Part shown: positions 1 to 10,024 of the stretch, piece by piece
Numbering within the stretch: the stretch's first letter is position 1
How the letters are laid out: the number at the start of each line of letters is the position of its first letter
Origin: an uncultured Candidatus Saccharibacteria bacterium
GTDB taxonomy: Bacteria > Patescibacteriota > Minisyncoccia > Phycocordibacterales > UBA2100
DNA: 64,000 nucleotides
NCBI GenBank assembly: GCA_964512835.1
Contig: CAZELA010000001.1
Location: forward strand, 169,372-233,371
Direction of reading: 5' to 3'
Program-made: the position numbers and the translations under genes
The notes under the pieces: generated by a model
Told to the model about the DNA's origin: nothing
Database searches by the model: none
What the model saw: only the letters and a program-made list of their open reading frames with translations

Positions 1-163
1 CTCCCGATTGTGTTGCGGCTACGGGTAAATTTGCAGTCTTACAGTCGCCTAACGGCGACAACAGGCGTTTCGATTCTGTCGAAGCGTCTCATTTTATAAA
101 GGTGTGCAGATAGTCACATACGGTTCGGCTGCTCACGCAGCTGCGTCGTGTGTCAAAAATCGC

Positions 164-3100
164 ATGGCAAAAGCGAAGAACGCGGTTCGTCCGCAGAAGT
201 ATTTCGGCCGCTTCCGAGAGCCCCTCGTGAAGCTTCCGAGCCTTGTGGAATCTCAGATCGATTCCTTCCGCCAGTTCGTCGACGGCGGAGCAGAGCGCGT
301 GTTCAAGGAGTTCTCTCCGATCTCCGATCACTCGGGCAAAAAGTTCGAACTCGAACTCGTAAAGTTCTCGTTCGGTGAGCTCCGATGGGATGAACAGTAC
401 GCAAAGCGTTTTATGAAGACCTACGAGAGTCCGCTCTCGATGGTAGTTCGCCTCAAGAACAAGACGACCGGCGAGAAAAAGGAACAGGAGATTTTCCTGG
501 CCGATTTCCCGTGGATGACCGCGCACGGCACGTTCATCATCAACGGCGTGGAACGCATCGTTGTTCCGCAGCTCGCACGCTCATACGGCGTGTTCTTCGA
601 ATCGATCCCGTACAAGGGAAAGAACTACTTCGCAGCCAAGATCATTCCTGCACGCGGTGTATGGATCGAAATCGAATCCGATGCAGACGGCGCAATGTAC
701 GTAAAGGTTGACCGAAAGCGCCGCTTCCCGGTTACCTCACTCTTGCGCGTACTCGGCCTCAAGACCGAAAAGGAGATCACCGCAAAGTTCGAAAAGACGG
801 CGGCAAAAGACGCGATGGCCGCAACCCTCGCGCTTGATCATGCGCACACCACCGAAGAGGCATACGTAGAAATCTACCGCCGCCTCCGCGACGGTGATAT
901 CGCTACACCGGATAATGCTCGTGACCACGTCAACTCGATTCTCTCTGCCGAGCGCTACGACTTCTCGCGTGTTGGCCGATTCCACTTCAACCGACGTTTC
1001 GGTTTGGGTACGTCCGAAAAGGATGTGCAGAACCAGACCCTCACTCTCGAGGATGTGGTTCGCATCGTCACGCACATCGCGGAATTGAATGCCAACCCGC
1101 ATGCAGAAGCAGACGATATCGACCACCTCGGATTCCGACGCGTTCGCTTTGCCGGCGAATTGCTCGAACAGCGCATGCGCGTGGGGCTCTCTCGCATGAA
1201 GCGCAACATCCAGGACCGCATGGCGATGGTTGATCCGGAGACGACTGCACCGGTCTCGTTCGTAAACCCGCGACCGTTCCAGGCCGCGATCCGCGAATTC
1301 TTCACGACCGACCAGCTCTCGCAGCTCATGCAGCAGTACAACACGCTCGACGAGATCGAACACCTCCGCACACTCTCGACCCTCGGTCGCGGCGGTCTTA
1401 CATCCGAACGAGCAGGTCTCGAAGTGCGCGACGTACACTCGTCGCACTACGGACGTGTCTGCCCGATCCACACACCGGAAGGTAAGAACATCGGACTCGT
1501 GCTCCACATGTCACTCTATGCCCGACCGAACGAGTTCGGCATCATCGAAACGCCGTACGCAAAGGTAGAGAAGGGTGTCATCACCAAAGACATTCACTAC
1601 TTGAACGCGCTCGAAGAAGAGCAGTACGCGATTGCGCACGCAGCCACGCCGCGCGACGACAACGGCAAGCTTACGGTCAAGATGGCCGAAGTGCGCATGC
1701 AAGGTAAGCCGACGCTCGTAAAGCCGACGGAAGTCGACTTTATGGAAGTAGCGACCAACCAGCCGTTTTCCGTTGCGACATCGCTCATTCCGTTCGTTGA
1801 AAACGACGACGCGAACCGTGCACTCATGGGTTCGAACATGCAGAAACAGGCTGTTCCGCTCGTGGTCCCGGATGCACCGGTCGTCGGCACCGGCATCGAA
1901 TCGATCGCCGCACGCGACTCCGGACGACTCATTCTTTCTGAGGAGGCGGGCGAAGTGACGTATGTCGACGCAGCGCTCATCAAGGTAAAGAACGCAGACG
2001 GCAAGACCAAGGAATACCCGCTCGTAAACTTTATGCGAACGAACGGCTTTACCACCTTCCACCAGCGACCGGCGGTATCCGTCGGCGACGCGGTCAAGAA
2101 GGGTGGTTTGCTTGCAGACACCTCTACATCGGTGAACGGTCAGATGGCGATCGGACAGAATGTCCGCGTAGCCTTCCTCCCGTGGTTCGGTGCAAACTTC
2201 GAAGACGCAATCGTTATCTCTGAAAAGCTCGCCAAGGAGGCTCGCTTTACCTCGATCCACATGGAGGAGTTCGTGTGCGTCGTGCGCGACACCAAGCTTG
2301 GTCCGGAGGTCACGACACACGACATCCCGAACGTATCTGAATTCAAACTCCGTAATCTCGACGAAGACGGTGTGGTCCGCATCGGTGCAGAAGTGCGCCC
2401 GGGCGACATTCTTGTCGGTAAGGTCACGCCGAAGGGCGAGACGCAGCTCACTCCGGAAGAGCGATTGCTCCACGCGATCTTCGGCGAAAAGGCCAAAGAC
2501 GTGAAGGACACATCGCTCCGCATGGAAGGCGGCAAGCGCGGCCGAGTCATCGGCGTAAAGATTTTCAGCCGCGAAACGGGCGATCAGCTCGAATCGGGCG
2601 TGATCAAGCGCGTGCACATCGAAGTCGCACAGCTCCGCACGATCTCGGTGGGCGACAAGCTCGCCGGTCGTCACGGCAACAAGGGTGTTATCTCCCGCAT
2701 CTTGCCGGAAGAGGACATGCCGTTCGACAAGGACGGTAATCCGGTAGACATCATCTTGACTCCGCTCGGCGTTCCGTCCCGTATGAACCTCGGACAGATT
2801 CTCGAAACGCACCTCGGTCTCGCAGCAGAAATGCTCGGCTACCAGGCGATCGTTCCGTCTTTTGCCGGCGCAACCGAAGCAGAAATCCGCTCGGAACTCG
2901 CAGCAGCAGGCGTACCGGAAAACGGTAAGCGAACATTGTTCGATGGCCGCACCGGCGAAGCATTCGCGCAGGACGTCATGGTCGGCGTGATGTACATGCT
3001 CAAGCTGCACCACATGGTGGAAGACAAGATCCACATGCGATCCATCGGTCCATACAGCCTTACCACGCAGCAGCCGCTCGGAGGCAAAGCCCAGAACGGC

Positions 3101-3343
3101 GGTCAGCGTGTGGGAGAAATGGAAGTGTGGGCATTCCTCGGTTACGGCGCGGCATACTCGCTCCGAGAAATTCTCACCATCAAATCAGACGACATCTTGG
3201 GCCGCTCTGCCGCGTTCGACGCGATCGTATCCGGCAAGCGCATCGAAGAAACAAACACACCTGCTACGTTCAATGTCTTGGTCCGACACTTGCGTGGTCT
3301 TGGTATCGACATCGACTTCCTGGAATCGAAGCCGGAACTTTAA
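164..3343 (+). CDS. rpoB: DNA-directed RNA polymerase beta subunit
   Basis: The ORF track gives 104..3343. Start is placed at the MAKAKNAVRPQKYFGRF Met. Typical RpoB motifs are present (GKNIGLV, NMQKQAVP, LAGRHGNKGV). It is about 1060 aa, which is short for RpoB. Confidence 0.93.
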   Translation: MAKAKNAVRPQKYFGRFREPLVKLPSLVESQIDSFRQFVDGGAERVFKEFSPISDHSGKKFELELVKFSFGELRWDEQYAKRFMKTYESPLSMVVRLKNKTTGEKKEQEIFLADFPWMTAHGTFIINGVERIVVPQLARSYGVFFESIPYKGKNYFAAKIIPARGVWIEIESDADGAMYVKVDRKRRFPVTSLLRVLGLKTEKEITAKFEKTAAKDAMAATLALDHAHTTEEAYVEIYRRLRDGDIATPDNARDHVNSILSAERYDFSRVGRFHFNRRFGLGTSEKDVQNQTLTLEDVVRIVTHIAELNANPHAEADDIDHLGFRRVRFAGELLEQRMRVGLSRMKRNIQDRMAMVDPETTAPVSFVNPRPFQAAIREFFTTDQLSQLMQQYNTLDEIEHLRTLSTLGRGGLTSERAGLEVRDVHSSHYGRVCPIHTPEGKNIGLVLHMSLYARPNEFGIIETPYAKVEKGVITKDIHYLNALEEEQYAIAHAATPRDDNGKLTVKMAEVRMQGKPTLVKPTEVDFMEVATNQPFSVATSLIPFVENDDANRALMGSNMQKQAVPLVVPDAPVVGTGIESIAARDSGRLILSEEAGEVTYVDAALIKVKNADGKTKEYPLVNFMRTNGFTTFHQRPAVSVGDAVKKGGLLADTSTSVNGQMAIGQNVRVAFLPWFGANFEDAIVISEKLAKEARFTSIHMEEFVCVVRDTKLGPEVTTHDIPNVSEFKLRNLDEDGVVRIGAEVRPGDILVGKVTPKGETQLTPEERLLHAIFGEKAKDVKDTSLRMEGGKRGRVIGVKIFSRETGDQLESGVIKRVHIEVAQLRTISVGDKLAGRHGNKGVISRILPEEDMPFDKDGNPVDIILTPLGVPSRMNLGQILETHLGLAAEMLGYQAIVPSFAGATEAEIRSELAAAGVPENGKRTLFDGRTGEAFAQDVMVGVMYMLKLHHMVEDKIHMRSIGPYSLTTQQPLGGKAQNGGQRVGEMEVWAFLGYGAAYSLREILTIKSDDILGRSAAFDAIVSGKRIEETNTPATFNVLVRHLRGLGIDIDFLESKPEL

Positions 3344-3366
3344 TCGCCCGATAATCACTCACATCT

Positions 3367-6300
3367 ATGTCACTCCAAAAGAAAAAGGACATCATCCCCG
3401 CATCGTTCGAAGCCGTCGCAATGCGACTCGCTTCTCCTGACCGCGTTGCAGAGTGGTCGTACGGCGAAATCACAAAGCCGGAAACCATCAACTACCGAAC
3501 CCAGCGACCGGAAAAGAACGGCCTCTTCGATGAGCGCGTCTTCGGTCCTGAAAAGGATTACGAATGCTACTGCGGTAAATATCGCGGTATCCGCTTCCGC
3601 GGCATCGTGTGCGAAAAGTGCGGTGTAGAAATCACGCGCGCTATCGTACGCCGCGAGCGCATGGGTCACATCGACCTCGCTACGCCGGTTGCACACATCT
3701 GGTTCCTCCGCGGCATTCCGTCGCGCATCGCGCTCATGCTCGGTCTTTCGGCCGCAGAAGTTGAGAAGGTGGTCTACTTCGCCGGTTACATCGTGACCAA
3801 GGTAGACGAAGACGTTCGCACCCAGCTCTTGAAGGACCTCGAACAGGAGTTCCAGCAGAAGAACAAGGCTGCAGCGAATGCGGATGTAAAAACTGAACTC
3901 AAAGAAAAGGCCACCAAGGCCAAGAAGGAGATCGAATCGATCAAAGAAGGCGTAGTGCTCGACGAAGCTGCGTATCACTTGTTTGCCGTGAAGTACGGCG
4001 CCATGTTCCGCGCTGCAATCGGTGCAGAAGCGCTCTACCAGATCTTGAAGCAGATCGACCTCGACAAGCTCATCGTCAAATTGAAGGAGCAGTACGAGAA
4101 GGCAGGTGCCGCAGAAAAGGACAAGGTGCGAAAGCGACTTGGTCTTGCAGAAGCGCTCAACCGCGCAGGCGTTCGTCCGGAATGGATGTTCCAGACACGA
4201 CTCCCGGTCGTGCCGCCGGCACTCCGCCCGATGGTCGCCCTTGAAGGCGGTCGTCATGCATCGTCGGACCTCAACGACTTGTACCGCCGCGTGATCAACC
4301 GAAACAACCGCTTGAAGCGATTGCTCGCGATCCACGCACCGGAAGTCATCCTTCGCAACGAAAAGCGAATCTTGCAGGAAGCAGTCGACGCATTGCTCGA
4401 CAACTCCATGCGCCGCGGCGCAGGCGTACTCGGCATCCTCGGGGGCCGACGCCGCGCTCTCAAGTCGCTCGCTGATTACCTGAAGGGTAAGCACGGCTAC
4501 CTCCGACAGAACCTGCTCGGTAAGCGTGTCGACTACTCGGGCCGCTCCGTCATCGTTGTCGGTCCGGACCTGGCACTCGACCAGTGCGGTCTTCCGAAGC
4601 ACATGGTGCTCGAACTCTTCCGACCGTTCGTTATTCAGGGACTCCTTGCACGCGAACTCGCATACAACATCCGCGGTGCAGGTCGTCTCATCGAAGACGA
4701 AGCACCGGAAGTCTGGCCGATCCTCGAAGAGGCGATCCAGAACAAGTACGTGCTCTTGAACCGTGCACCGACGCTCCACCGCCAGTCGATCCAGGCATTC
4801 CGCCCGGTCCTCATCGAAGGCAATGCTATCCAGGTACACCCGCTCGTATGCCCTGCGTACAACGCAGACTTCGACGGCGACGCAATGGCAGTTCACGTAC
4901 CGCTTTCCGAAGCTGCACAGCTCGAAGCAAAGATGATGATGTCTGCGAACAAGAACATCCTCAAGCCGGGTTCCGGCGACGTGGTTGTCGCTTCCAAGCT
5001 GCTCGACATCGTGCTCGGCTGCTACTGGATGACCAAGTCCGTAGACGGACTCAAGGGCGAAGGCAAGGCATTCCCGACGACCAACTCCGCGATCACCGCG
5101 TTCGACTTCGGCGCGATCGATATGCGTGCAAAGGTAAAGGTGCTTCCGTCTGATTCTCCGAAGTACGCGCAGTACGAGGGCAAGGTGTTTGAGACGACCG
5201 TCGGTCGACTCCTCTTCAACTCTGTATTGCCGTCTGACTTCCCGTACATGAACGAGGAGATCACGAACAAGCGCATGGGCGCACTCGTGCACAATCTCGT
5301 TGCGCACTACTCGCTCGACGGCATCCCGAAGATTCTCGACTCGATCAAGAAGTTCGGATTCCGCTACGCGACGCAGGCGGGCATTACCTGGTCGATCTCC
5401 GACGTCGTCATTCCGTCCGTGAAGGAGGGAATGGTGAAGGACGGACTCGAACAGGCTGCGCGTGAGCTCGACAACTACAACAACGGCTTGCTCACCGAAA
5501 CCGAGCGACGCCGTGCAACCATCGACATCTGGGCGAAGACCTCGAACGAACTGCGAAAGCATGTCGTCGAAGCGCTCGACAAACAGGGTCCGGTGCACGA
5601 CATGATCACATCCGGCGCACGAGGTTCCGTGGTGCAGCTCCACCAGATGGTGGGCATGAAGGGTCTCATCACCAACCCGCGCGGCGAGATCATCGAATTC
5701 CCGATTACATCGAGCCTCAAGGAAGGACTCACGCCGATCGAGTACTTCATCTCTACACACGGTGCACGTAAGGGTCTTGCCGACACCGCGCTTAACACGG
5801 CGCGCGCAGGCTACCTGACCCGACGACTCTTCGACGTAGCTCACGACGTGGTCGTGCTCGAAGCAGACTGCGGTCAGCGCGAAGGTGTGCTCATCCCGCG
5901 ACCGGGCAAGGAGAACATCGGCGGATCATTCGGCGACCGAGCAGCAGGACGCGTACTCGCGGAGGATGCTATGGACGGCGATACGGTCGTGTTCAAGCGC
6001 AATCACATGATCACTCGTGACGAAGCGGTCATCATTGAAAACAGTGGTATTCAGGAAATCCTGGTCCGCTCTCCGATGACATGCAAAGTCGCACGAGGCG
6101 TGTGCCAGAAGTGCTACGGCGTCGATCTCACCAACGGTGAACTCATCGACGTGGGCGAGGCTGTCGGCGTTATCGCCGCACAGGCTATCGGCGAGCCGGG
6201 TACACAGCTCACGATGCGTACGTTCCACACCGGAGGCGTTGCAACCGCAGGCGGCGACATCACGATGGGTCTCCCGCGTGTTGAAGAAGTCTTCGAGTGC

Positions 6301-7083
6301 CGCATTCCGAAATTGCCGGCTGCTATCTCGCGCGTTTCCGGCGTCGTCACAGACCTCATCAAGGACGGCCAGGAAACCGTGATCGTGATCCTTCCGGACA
6401 CTGCATCGACCGCAAAGACGGCGAAGGGTGTAAAGAAGGAGACCGAGTACCGCATCCACCCGCTCCGAACCATCCACGTAAAGGTGGGTGACCAGGTGCA
6501 GAAGGGTCAGTTCCTCACGGACGGCTCAGCGGACTTGGAAGAACTCTTCCTCTTGGGCGGCAAGGAAATCGCACAGCAGTACATCATCAACGAGATCACA
6601 CGCATCTACGAATTGCAGGGCGTATCGACGGCGCGCAAGCACCTCGAGATCATCGTGAAGCAGATGTTCAGCCGCGTGCAGGTTTCGAACTCGGGCGACA
6701 CAGGAGTTTCGGCAGGAGAAATCATCACCGACTTCGAACTCGAGCGCATCAACAAGGTGCAGAAGGAGGTCGACGGGGAACCGGCAAAGGCAAAGTCGCT
6801 CTTGCTCGGTATCACCGAAGTCTCGCTCACCCGCGCTTCGTTCCTCTCGGCGATTTCGTTCCAGAACACACCGCGCAAGCTTGCAGAAGCTGCGGTATCC
6901 GGTGCGATCGACCGACTCATCGGTCTCAAGGAGAACGTGATCATCGGCCGCTTGATCCCGGCAGGTACGGGCTTCAAGGGCTCGAAGAAGCACGGCTACA
7001 TCCAGGACATGGAGGCAAAGTTTGCCGCCATGCAGCCGACAGAAGTTCCGGAGGCGAACGTTTCCGAAACAATGCGCGCCTAA
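3367..7083 (+). CDS. rpoC: DNA-directed RNA polymerase beta-prime subunit
   Basis: 1238 aa. Has the zinc-finger Cys cluster [15 protein letters not shown] and the NADFDGD catalytic motif. It follows rpoB directly. Confidence 0.95.
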   Translation: MSLQKKKDIIPASFEAVAMRLASPDRVAEWSYGEITKPETINYRTQRPEKNGLFDERVFGPEKDYECYCGKYRGIRFRGIVCEKCGVEITRAIVRRERMGHIDLATPVAHIWFLRGIPSRIALMLGLSAAEVEKVVYFAGYIVTKVDEDVRTQLLKDLEQEFQQKNKAAANADVKTELKEKATKAKKEIESIKEGVVLDEAAYHLFAVKYGAMFRAAIGAEALYQILKQIDLDKLIVKLKEQYEKAGAAEKDKVRKRLGLAEALNRAGVRPEWMFQTRLPVVPPALRPMVALEGGRHASSDLNDLYRRVINRNNRLKRLLAIHAPEVILRNEKRILQEAVDALLDNSMRRGAGVLGILGGRRRALKSLADYLKGKHGYLRQNLLGKRVDYSGRSVIVVGPDLALDQCGLPKHMVLELFRPFVIQGLLARELAYNIRGAGRLIEDEAPEVWPILEEAIQNKYVLLNRAPTLHRQSIQAFRPVLIEGNAIQVHPLVCPAYNADFDGDAMAVHVPLSEAAQLEAKMMMSANKNILKPGSGDVVVASKLLDIVLGCYWMTKSVDGLKGEGKAFPTTNSAITAFDFGAIDMRAKVKVLPSDSPKYAQYEGKVFETTVGRLLFNSVLPSDFPYMNEEITNKRMGALVHNLVAHYSLDGIPKILDSIKKFGFRYATQAGITWSISDVVIPSVKEGMVKDGLEQAARELDNYNNGLLTETERRRATIDIWAKTSNELRKHVVEALDKQGPVHDMITSGARGSVVQLHQMVGMKGLITNPRGEIIEFPITSSLKEGLTPIEYFISTHGARKGLADTALNTARAGYLTRRLFDVAHDVVVLEADCGQREGVLIPRPGKENIGGSFGDRAAGRVLAEDAMDGDTVVFKRNHMITRDEAVIIENSGIQEILVRSPMTCKVARGVCQKCYGVDLTNGELIDVGEAVGVIAAQAIGEPGTQLTMRTFHTGGVATAGGDITMGLPRVEEVFECRIPKLPAAISRVSGVVTDLIKDGQETVIVILPDTASTAKTAKGVKKETEYRIHPLRTIHVKVGDQVQKGQFLTDGSADLEELFLLGGKEIAQQYIINEITRIYELQGVSTARKHLEIIVKQMFSRVQVSNSGDTGVSAGEIITDFELERINKVQKEVDGEPAKAKSLLLGITEVSLTRASFLSAISFQNTPRKLAEAAVSGAIDRLIGLKENVIIGRLIPAGTGFKGSKKHGYIQDMEAKFAAMQPTEVPEANVSETMRA

Positions 7084-7099
7084 TACTCATGGCCGCAAC

Positions 7100-7133
7100 A
7101 AAAACGACCCCGCGAAGGGGTCGTTTTTGTTAG
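7100..7133 (+). terminator. Intrinsic terminator after rpoC
   Basis: aaaaacgaccccgcgaaggggtcgtttttgtt: a GC hairpin followed by a T-tract. Confidence 0.7.
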
Positions 7134-7155
7134 GGGAGCGTGAGTACTGTCCTGC

Positions 7156-7190
7156 TTGACAAGAGGGTATATATGTGTTAACATGCCAAA
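7156..7190 (+). promoter_or_regulatory. Putative sigma-70-type promoter (TTGACA, 17 nt spacer, TAACAT/TATATA)
   Basis: cttgacaagagggtatatatgtgttaacatg lies upstream of the small ORF at 7238. Confidence 0.4.
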
Positions 7191-7237
7191 CAGCCCGAAT
7201 TCTCAACGTTAATCCATCCATTGGGGAGGAAGCGACC

Positions 7238-7561
7238 ATGACCATCGTGATCAAGGACGGCAAGGCGTATCAGGTGGTGTCGGTGTCGAAGTGCGGCACG
7301 AAGACGCTGCTGCGCCCGACCCAGATGCCGATGCGCGCGGTGGTCACCCTGATCGCCGCCCAGAAGCTGACCGACATTGCACAGACGATGCGTGCGGCCC
7401 TGGCTCCGAAGGCCGAGGAGCAGACGAAGTCGGCAACGACTCCGCCCGCTCCCAGGAATCCGCCCGGTGCTCCGAGCAACAACAGCTCGAGGGCATGTGC
7501 TGTCGGATCGTATGGTCCGCGGCACCTGGTGCGGCAGTCGCTGCGGCGACTGCGGGGTTGA
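7238..7561 (+). CDS. Hypothetical protein (107 aa)
   Basis: GGAGGAAG ribosome-binding site 7 nt upstream of ATG (MTIVIKDGKAYQVV). A hairpin terminator follows at ~7585-7605. Confidence 0.5.
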   Translation: MTIVIKDGKAYQVVSVSKCGTKTLLRPTQMPMRAVVTLIAAQKLTDIAQTMRAALAPKAEEQTKSATTPPAPRNPPGAPSNNSSRACAVGSYGPRHLVRQSLRRLRG

Positions 7562-7675
7562 GGAACAACAATTGATCTTGAGGCCATGCCGTCGCGCATG
7601 GCCTTTTGATTTTGTAGTCGGTCGCGCCGGTTTTTTGTTTGTGATACAAGGTGCCAAGGATACGGAGGTATCAGG

Positions 7676-8221
7676 ATGATCAAGAAGCCAAGCGAGATCG
7701 GCGAAGCAATACGCGAAGTCATCGGTTCGCTCCCGAAACAATCGGGCGACAACATGCCGCCCTTGCACGGGTGGCAGCAGGTAACGGCAGATTTGCCGTC
7801 GTTGATCGACATGGAGCGCGTATATCGCGCGTTCCATCCGCTCATTCATGGCGGCGAACACGCGGCACTCACACAGATCGCGGAAGCGATGGAGGAGTTT
7901 CGCGGCGCGCAGCCGTTCGAGGAAGGTGACGCACTGTACAGTGCGATCATGTTCACCCGCCACGTCGGCAGCTTTTTGTTCACGTTCGGCTTGAATGATC
8001 CGAGCGTTCGCATGTATTGCATGGGCGTCTCGTGGCAAAACGATGACCGTCGGGCCATCGAGCAGCTCGCGCACTGCAGCCGAATGGCATCCGACTTCGA
8101 GGATCGCGTCGAGACGAAGTACCTCGATGTGCGGGACGCACAGATCGGCAAGCACGGTATCGCGCCTGCACCCAAAGAGCCTGAGTGGGAGCGGTGCGGA
8201 TTTGCCCCCAGCAGTCAGTGA
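7676..8221 (+). CDS. Hypothetical protein (181 aa)
   Basis: ACGGAGG ribosome-binding site, then ATG. A terminator hairpin gcgggatgcgcagtcatcccgctttt follows at ~8232-8262. Confidence 0.55.
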   Translation: MIKKPSEIGEAIREVIGSLPKQSGDNMPPLHGWQQVTADLPSLIDMERVYRAFHPLIHGGEHAALTQIAEAMEEFRGAQPFEEGDALYSAIMFTRHVGSFLFTFGLNDPSVRMYCMGVSWQNDDRRAIEQLAHCSRMASDFEDRVETKYLDVRDAQIGKHGIAPAPKEPEWERCGFAPSSQ

Positions 8222-8320
8222 AACGAGAAGCGGGATGCGCAGTCATCCCGCTTTTGTTTTTGTATACCCGTGCTTTGATGAGAGAGGTACAACACGCAAA
8301 AAACTGACGGGAGAGAAACC

Positions 8321-8605
8321 ATGATGGTCGCCGGATCGAGTCATGAAGTGGAAATGCGTACCTGTGACGAACGGAAGTCGGTGGCGATTTTTCGCCGGGT
8401 CGAAGACGTGCTGTCGGAAGCCCGGAGCGAAAAAGAAACGGTTGCGCAGGCGCTCGCACGGGTGCGCACGCTGATGCATACCGAGTTCAGGGACGTCACC
8501 ATCATTCGGAGCTTTGCCATTGACGATGCGCAGGGCCTCGGCGAATGGCATATGCGGGTCCGCTATCCCGGAGGTCGCGAAGTTGCTATCACGCATGACG
8601 CGTGA
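8321..8605 (+). CDS. Hypothetical protein (94 aa)
   Basis: ORF with a GGGAGAGAAACC ribosome-binding site. Confidence 0.4.
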   Translation: MMVAGSSHEVEMRTCDERKSVAIFRRVEDVLSEARSEKETVAQALARVRTLMHTEFRDVTIIRSFAIDDAQGLGEWHMRVRYPGGREVAITHDA

Positions 8606-8706
8606 AATGGTAAAAGAGCCGGTCAGCGTTTTGCTGCCCGGCCTTTTGACGTTTAGAGCGCGGCTTTGTATTGTTGCTGCGGTCAACCAGGAACAGGAGA
8701 CGGACA

Positions 8707-8955
8707 ATGACTAAGTCAGGAAAGTTGGATGCATCGACCCAGTTGTTGCTCGACCGTGCCAGTAAGCAGTGCAGGGGGCGGACCATCGACCTCGTGAAGA
8801 CGCTGCTCGCCTCGATCCGAGGCATCGACGTCGACTCTCTGCCGCGCTCAGGCGTCGGCGAGGTGTCGGCTGCAGAAGCGACGGCCTTGCAGCAGCTCGC
8901 GCCGCGACTGCTGGAAAACGCCTTCGCCGAGCTGAAGATCAAGGATGCGGCGTGA
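8707..8955 (+). CDS. Hypothetical protein (82 aa)
   Basis: AGGAGACGG ribosome-binding site. Its stop overlaps the next start (ATGA at 8953-8958). Confidence 0.45.
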   Translation: MTKSGKLDASTQLLLDRASKQCRGRTIDLVKTLLASIRGIDVDSLPRSGVGEVSAAEATALQQLAPRLLENAFAELKIKDAA

Positions 8956-9188
8956 TGATCGACGTCGACGCGATCCGCGAAAAGTGGAATGGATATCCGA
9001 ACATTCAACGCTTTATCCTGATCCAGGCGCAGTACGGCAACGATCCGCTTATGCGGCGACTCGAGCGAATGAGTCCGGCGCAGGTAGCAGTGCTCCTCGC
9101 ATCGTCGCTCGCCGAAATGGAGGCTATGGCGGGCGCGTTGTTGCGCGGCATGGACCGCGCAGCGCAGGGTCTGCCGCCGAAGGAGTAG
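8955..9188 (+). CDS. Hypothetical protein (77 aa)
   Basis: Start is translationally coupled to the previous gene (MIDVDAIREKWNGYP). Confidence 0.45.
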   Translation: MIDVDAIREKWNGYPNIQRFILIQAQYGNDPLMRRLERMSPAQVAVLLASSLAEMEAMAGALLRGMDRAAQGLPPKE

Positions 9189-9277
9189 GTACGAATGCCG
9201 AGTGGTCACGCCACTCGGCATTTACATATTGTGGAAAATGTTGTATCGTAACGCCGGCCAAAACATCACTGAGGAGG

Positions 9278-9769
9278 ATCTACGTGCCGCCATTTCTATC
9301 GTCCAAACGAGTCATTGCTATCGTGATCGCACTCGGGTTCATCGCAACCGGGTATGCTCTCCCGCGTGTGGTGCAGAGCGCAACCGAGATCACGCCCACA
9401 TCGGTGCGTATCGTCCGGCCCGACGGATTCTATTCGACGGTCTCGTACGTGCGCGATGATGCGCGCGGCACCGAATCGGTGCACGCATCAACGCTGGCGC
9501 TGCGCAACGTGCATGTCGACTACAGTGCGGCATGCTCGTGCATCAAGCGCTTTACGCACTACTCCGGCGTCACCGTCTACACGGTGTTCGTGTATCCGGA
9601 GCGGAGCGAGGCGTTCTATATGCTCGGTGTGCACGATACGACCGACGGCATTCCGCAGCATCCCGGCACGACGATACCGATCTCGAAGGCCGGCGCGGAG
9701 ATCGCGCAGGCGCAATCGGTGCTCGACGAGGTCCGGAAACGGTTCGCGAATCTGGTACCGAAAACCTAA
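9278..9769 (+). CDS. Hypothetical membrane-anchored protein (163 aa, GTG start)
   Basis: GGAGGA ribosome-binding site, then GTG. The N-terminal hydrophobic helix is VIAIVIALGFIATGYAL. Confidence 0.45.
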   Translation: MYVPPFLSSKRVIAIVIALGFIATGYALPRVVQSATEITPTSVRIVRPDGFYSTVSYVRDDARGTESVHASTLALRNVHVDYSAACSCIKRFTHYSGVTVYTVFVYPERSEAFYMLGVHDTTDGIPQHPGTTIPISKAGAEIAQAQSVLDEVRKRFANLVPKT

Positions 9770-9780
9770 GGGGGCACGGT

Positions 9781-9960
9781 ATGGCAGCATCACCAGGAGA
9801 CCACGGTCACGGCGGCTCGAACAGGGTCATTGCGCTCGGTGCAATGGTCGTCGTACTCGTGGCCGGATACGTCGGCGGCGACTCGGTGAACAACATCAGG
9901 CTCGGCATGTCGGTCTCGATCGGTGCCATCGGTTTTGCGTTCCTGATTGCACGCGGATGA
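9781..9960 (+). CDS. Small membrane protein (59 aa)
   Basis: AAGGGGG ribosome-binding site. Has two hydrophobic segments. Confidence 0.35.
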   Translation: MAASPGDHGHGGSNRVIALGAMVVVLVAGYVGGDSVNNIRLGMSVSIGAIGFAFLIARG

Positions 9961-9967
9961 ACAGTAC

Positions 9968-9995
9968 AGCTCCGGATTCGGCAACGAATCCGGAG
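9968..9995 (+). terminator. Hairpin terminator
   Basis: ctccggattcggcaacgaatccggag followed by a T-rich stretch. Confidence 0.5.
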
Positions 9996-10024
9996 TTTCG
10001 CTTTTCTATATCGGGAAGGGCATA

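Noticed and set aside
737-5844. Long minus-strand ORFs antisense to rpoB/rpoC (for example 1511..3034, 3370..5844, 737..1507)
   Set aside because: They are Arg/Ala/Cys-rich low-complexity translations, typical of the antisense frame in a high-GC genome. They fully overlap well-supported rpoB/rpoC coding sequence.
7178-8155. 325-aa minus-strand ORF and other Arg-rich ORFs across 7.2-8.2 kb
   Set aside because: They are antisense to plus-strand ORFs that have ribosome-binding sites. They are low-complexity (Arg/Gly/His-rich) with no start context.
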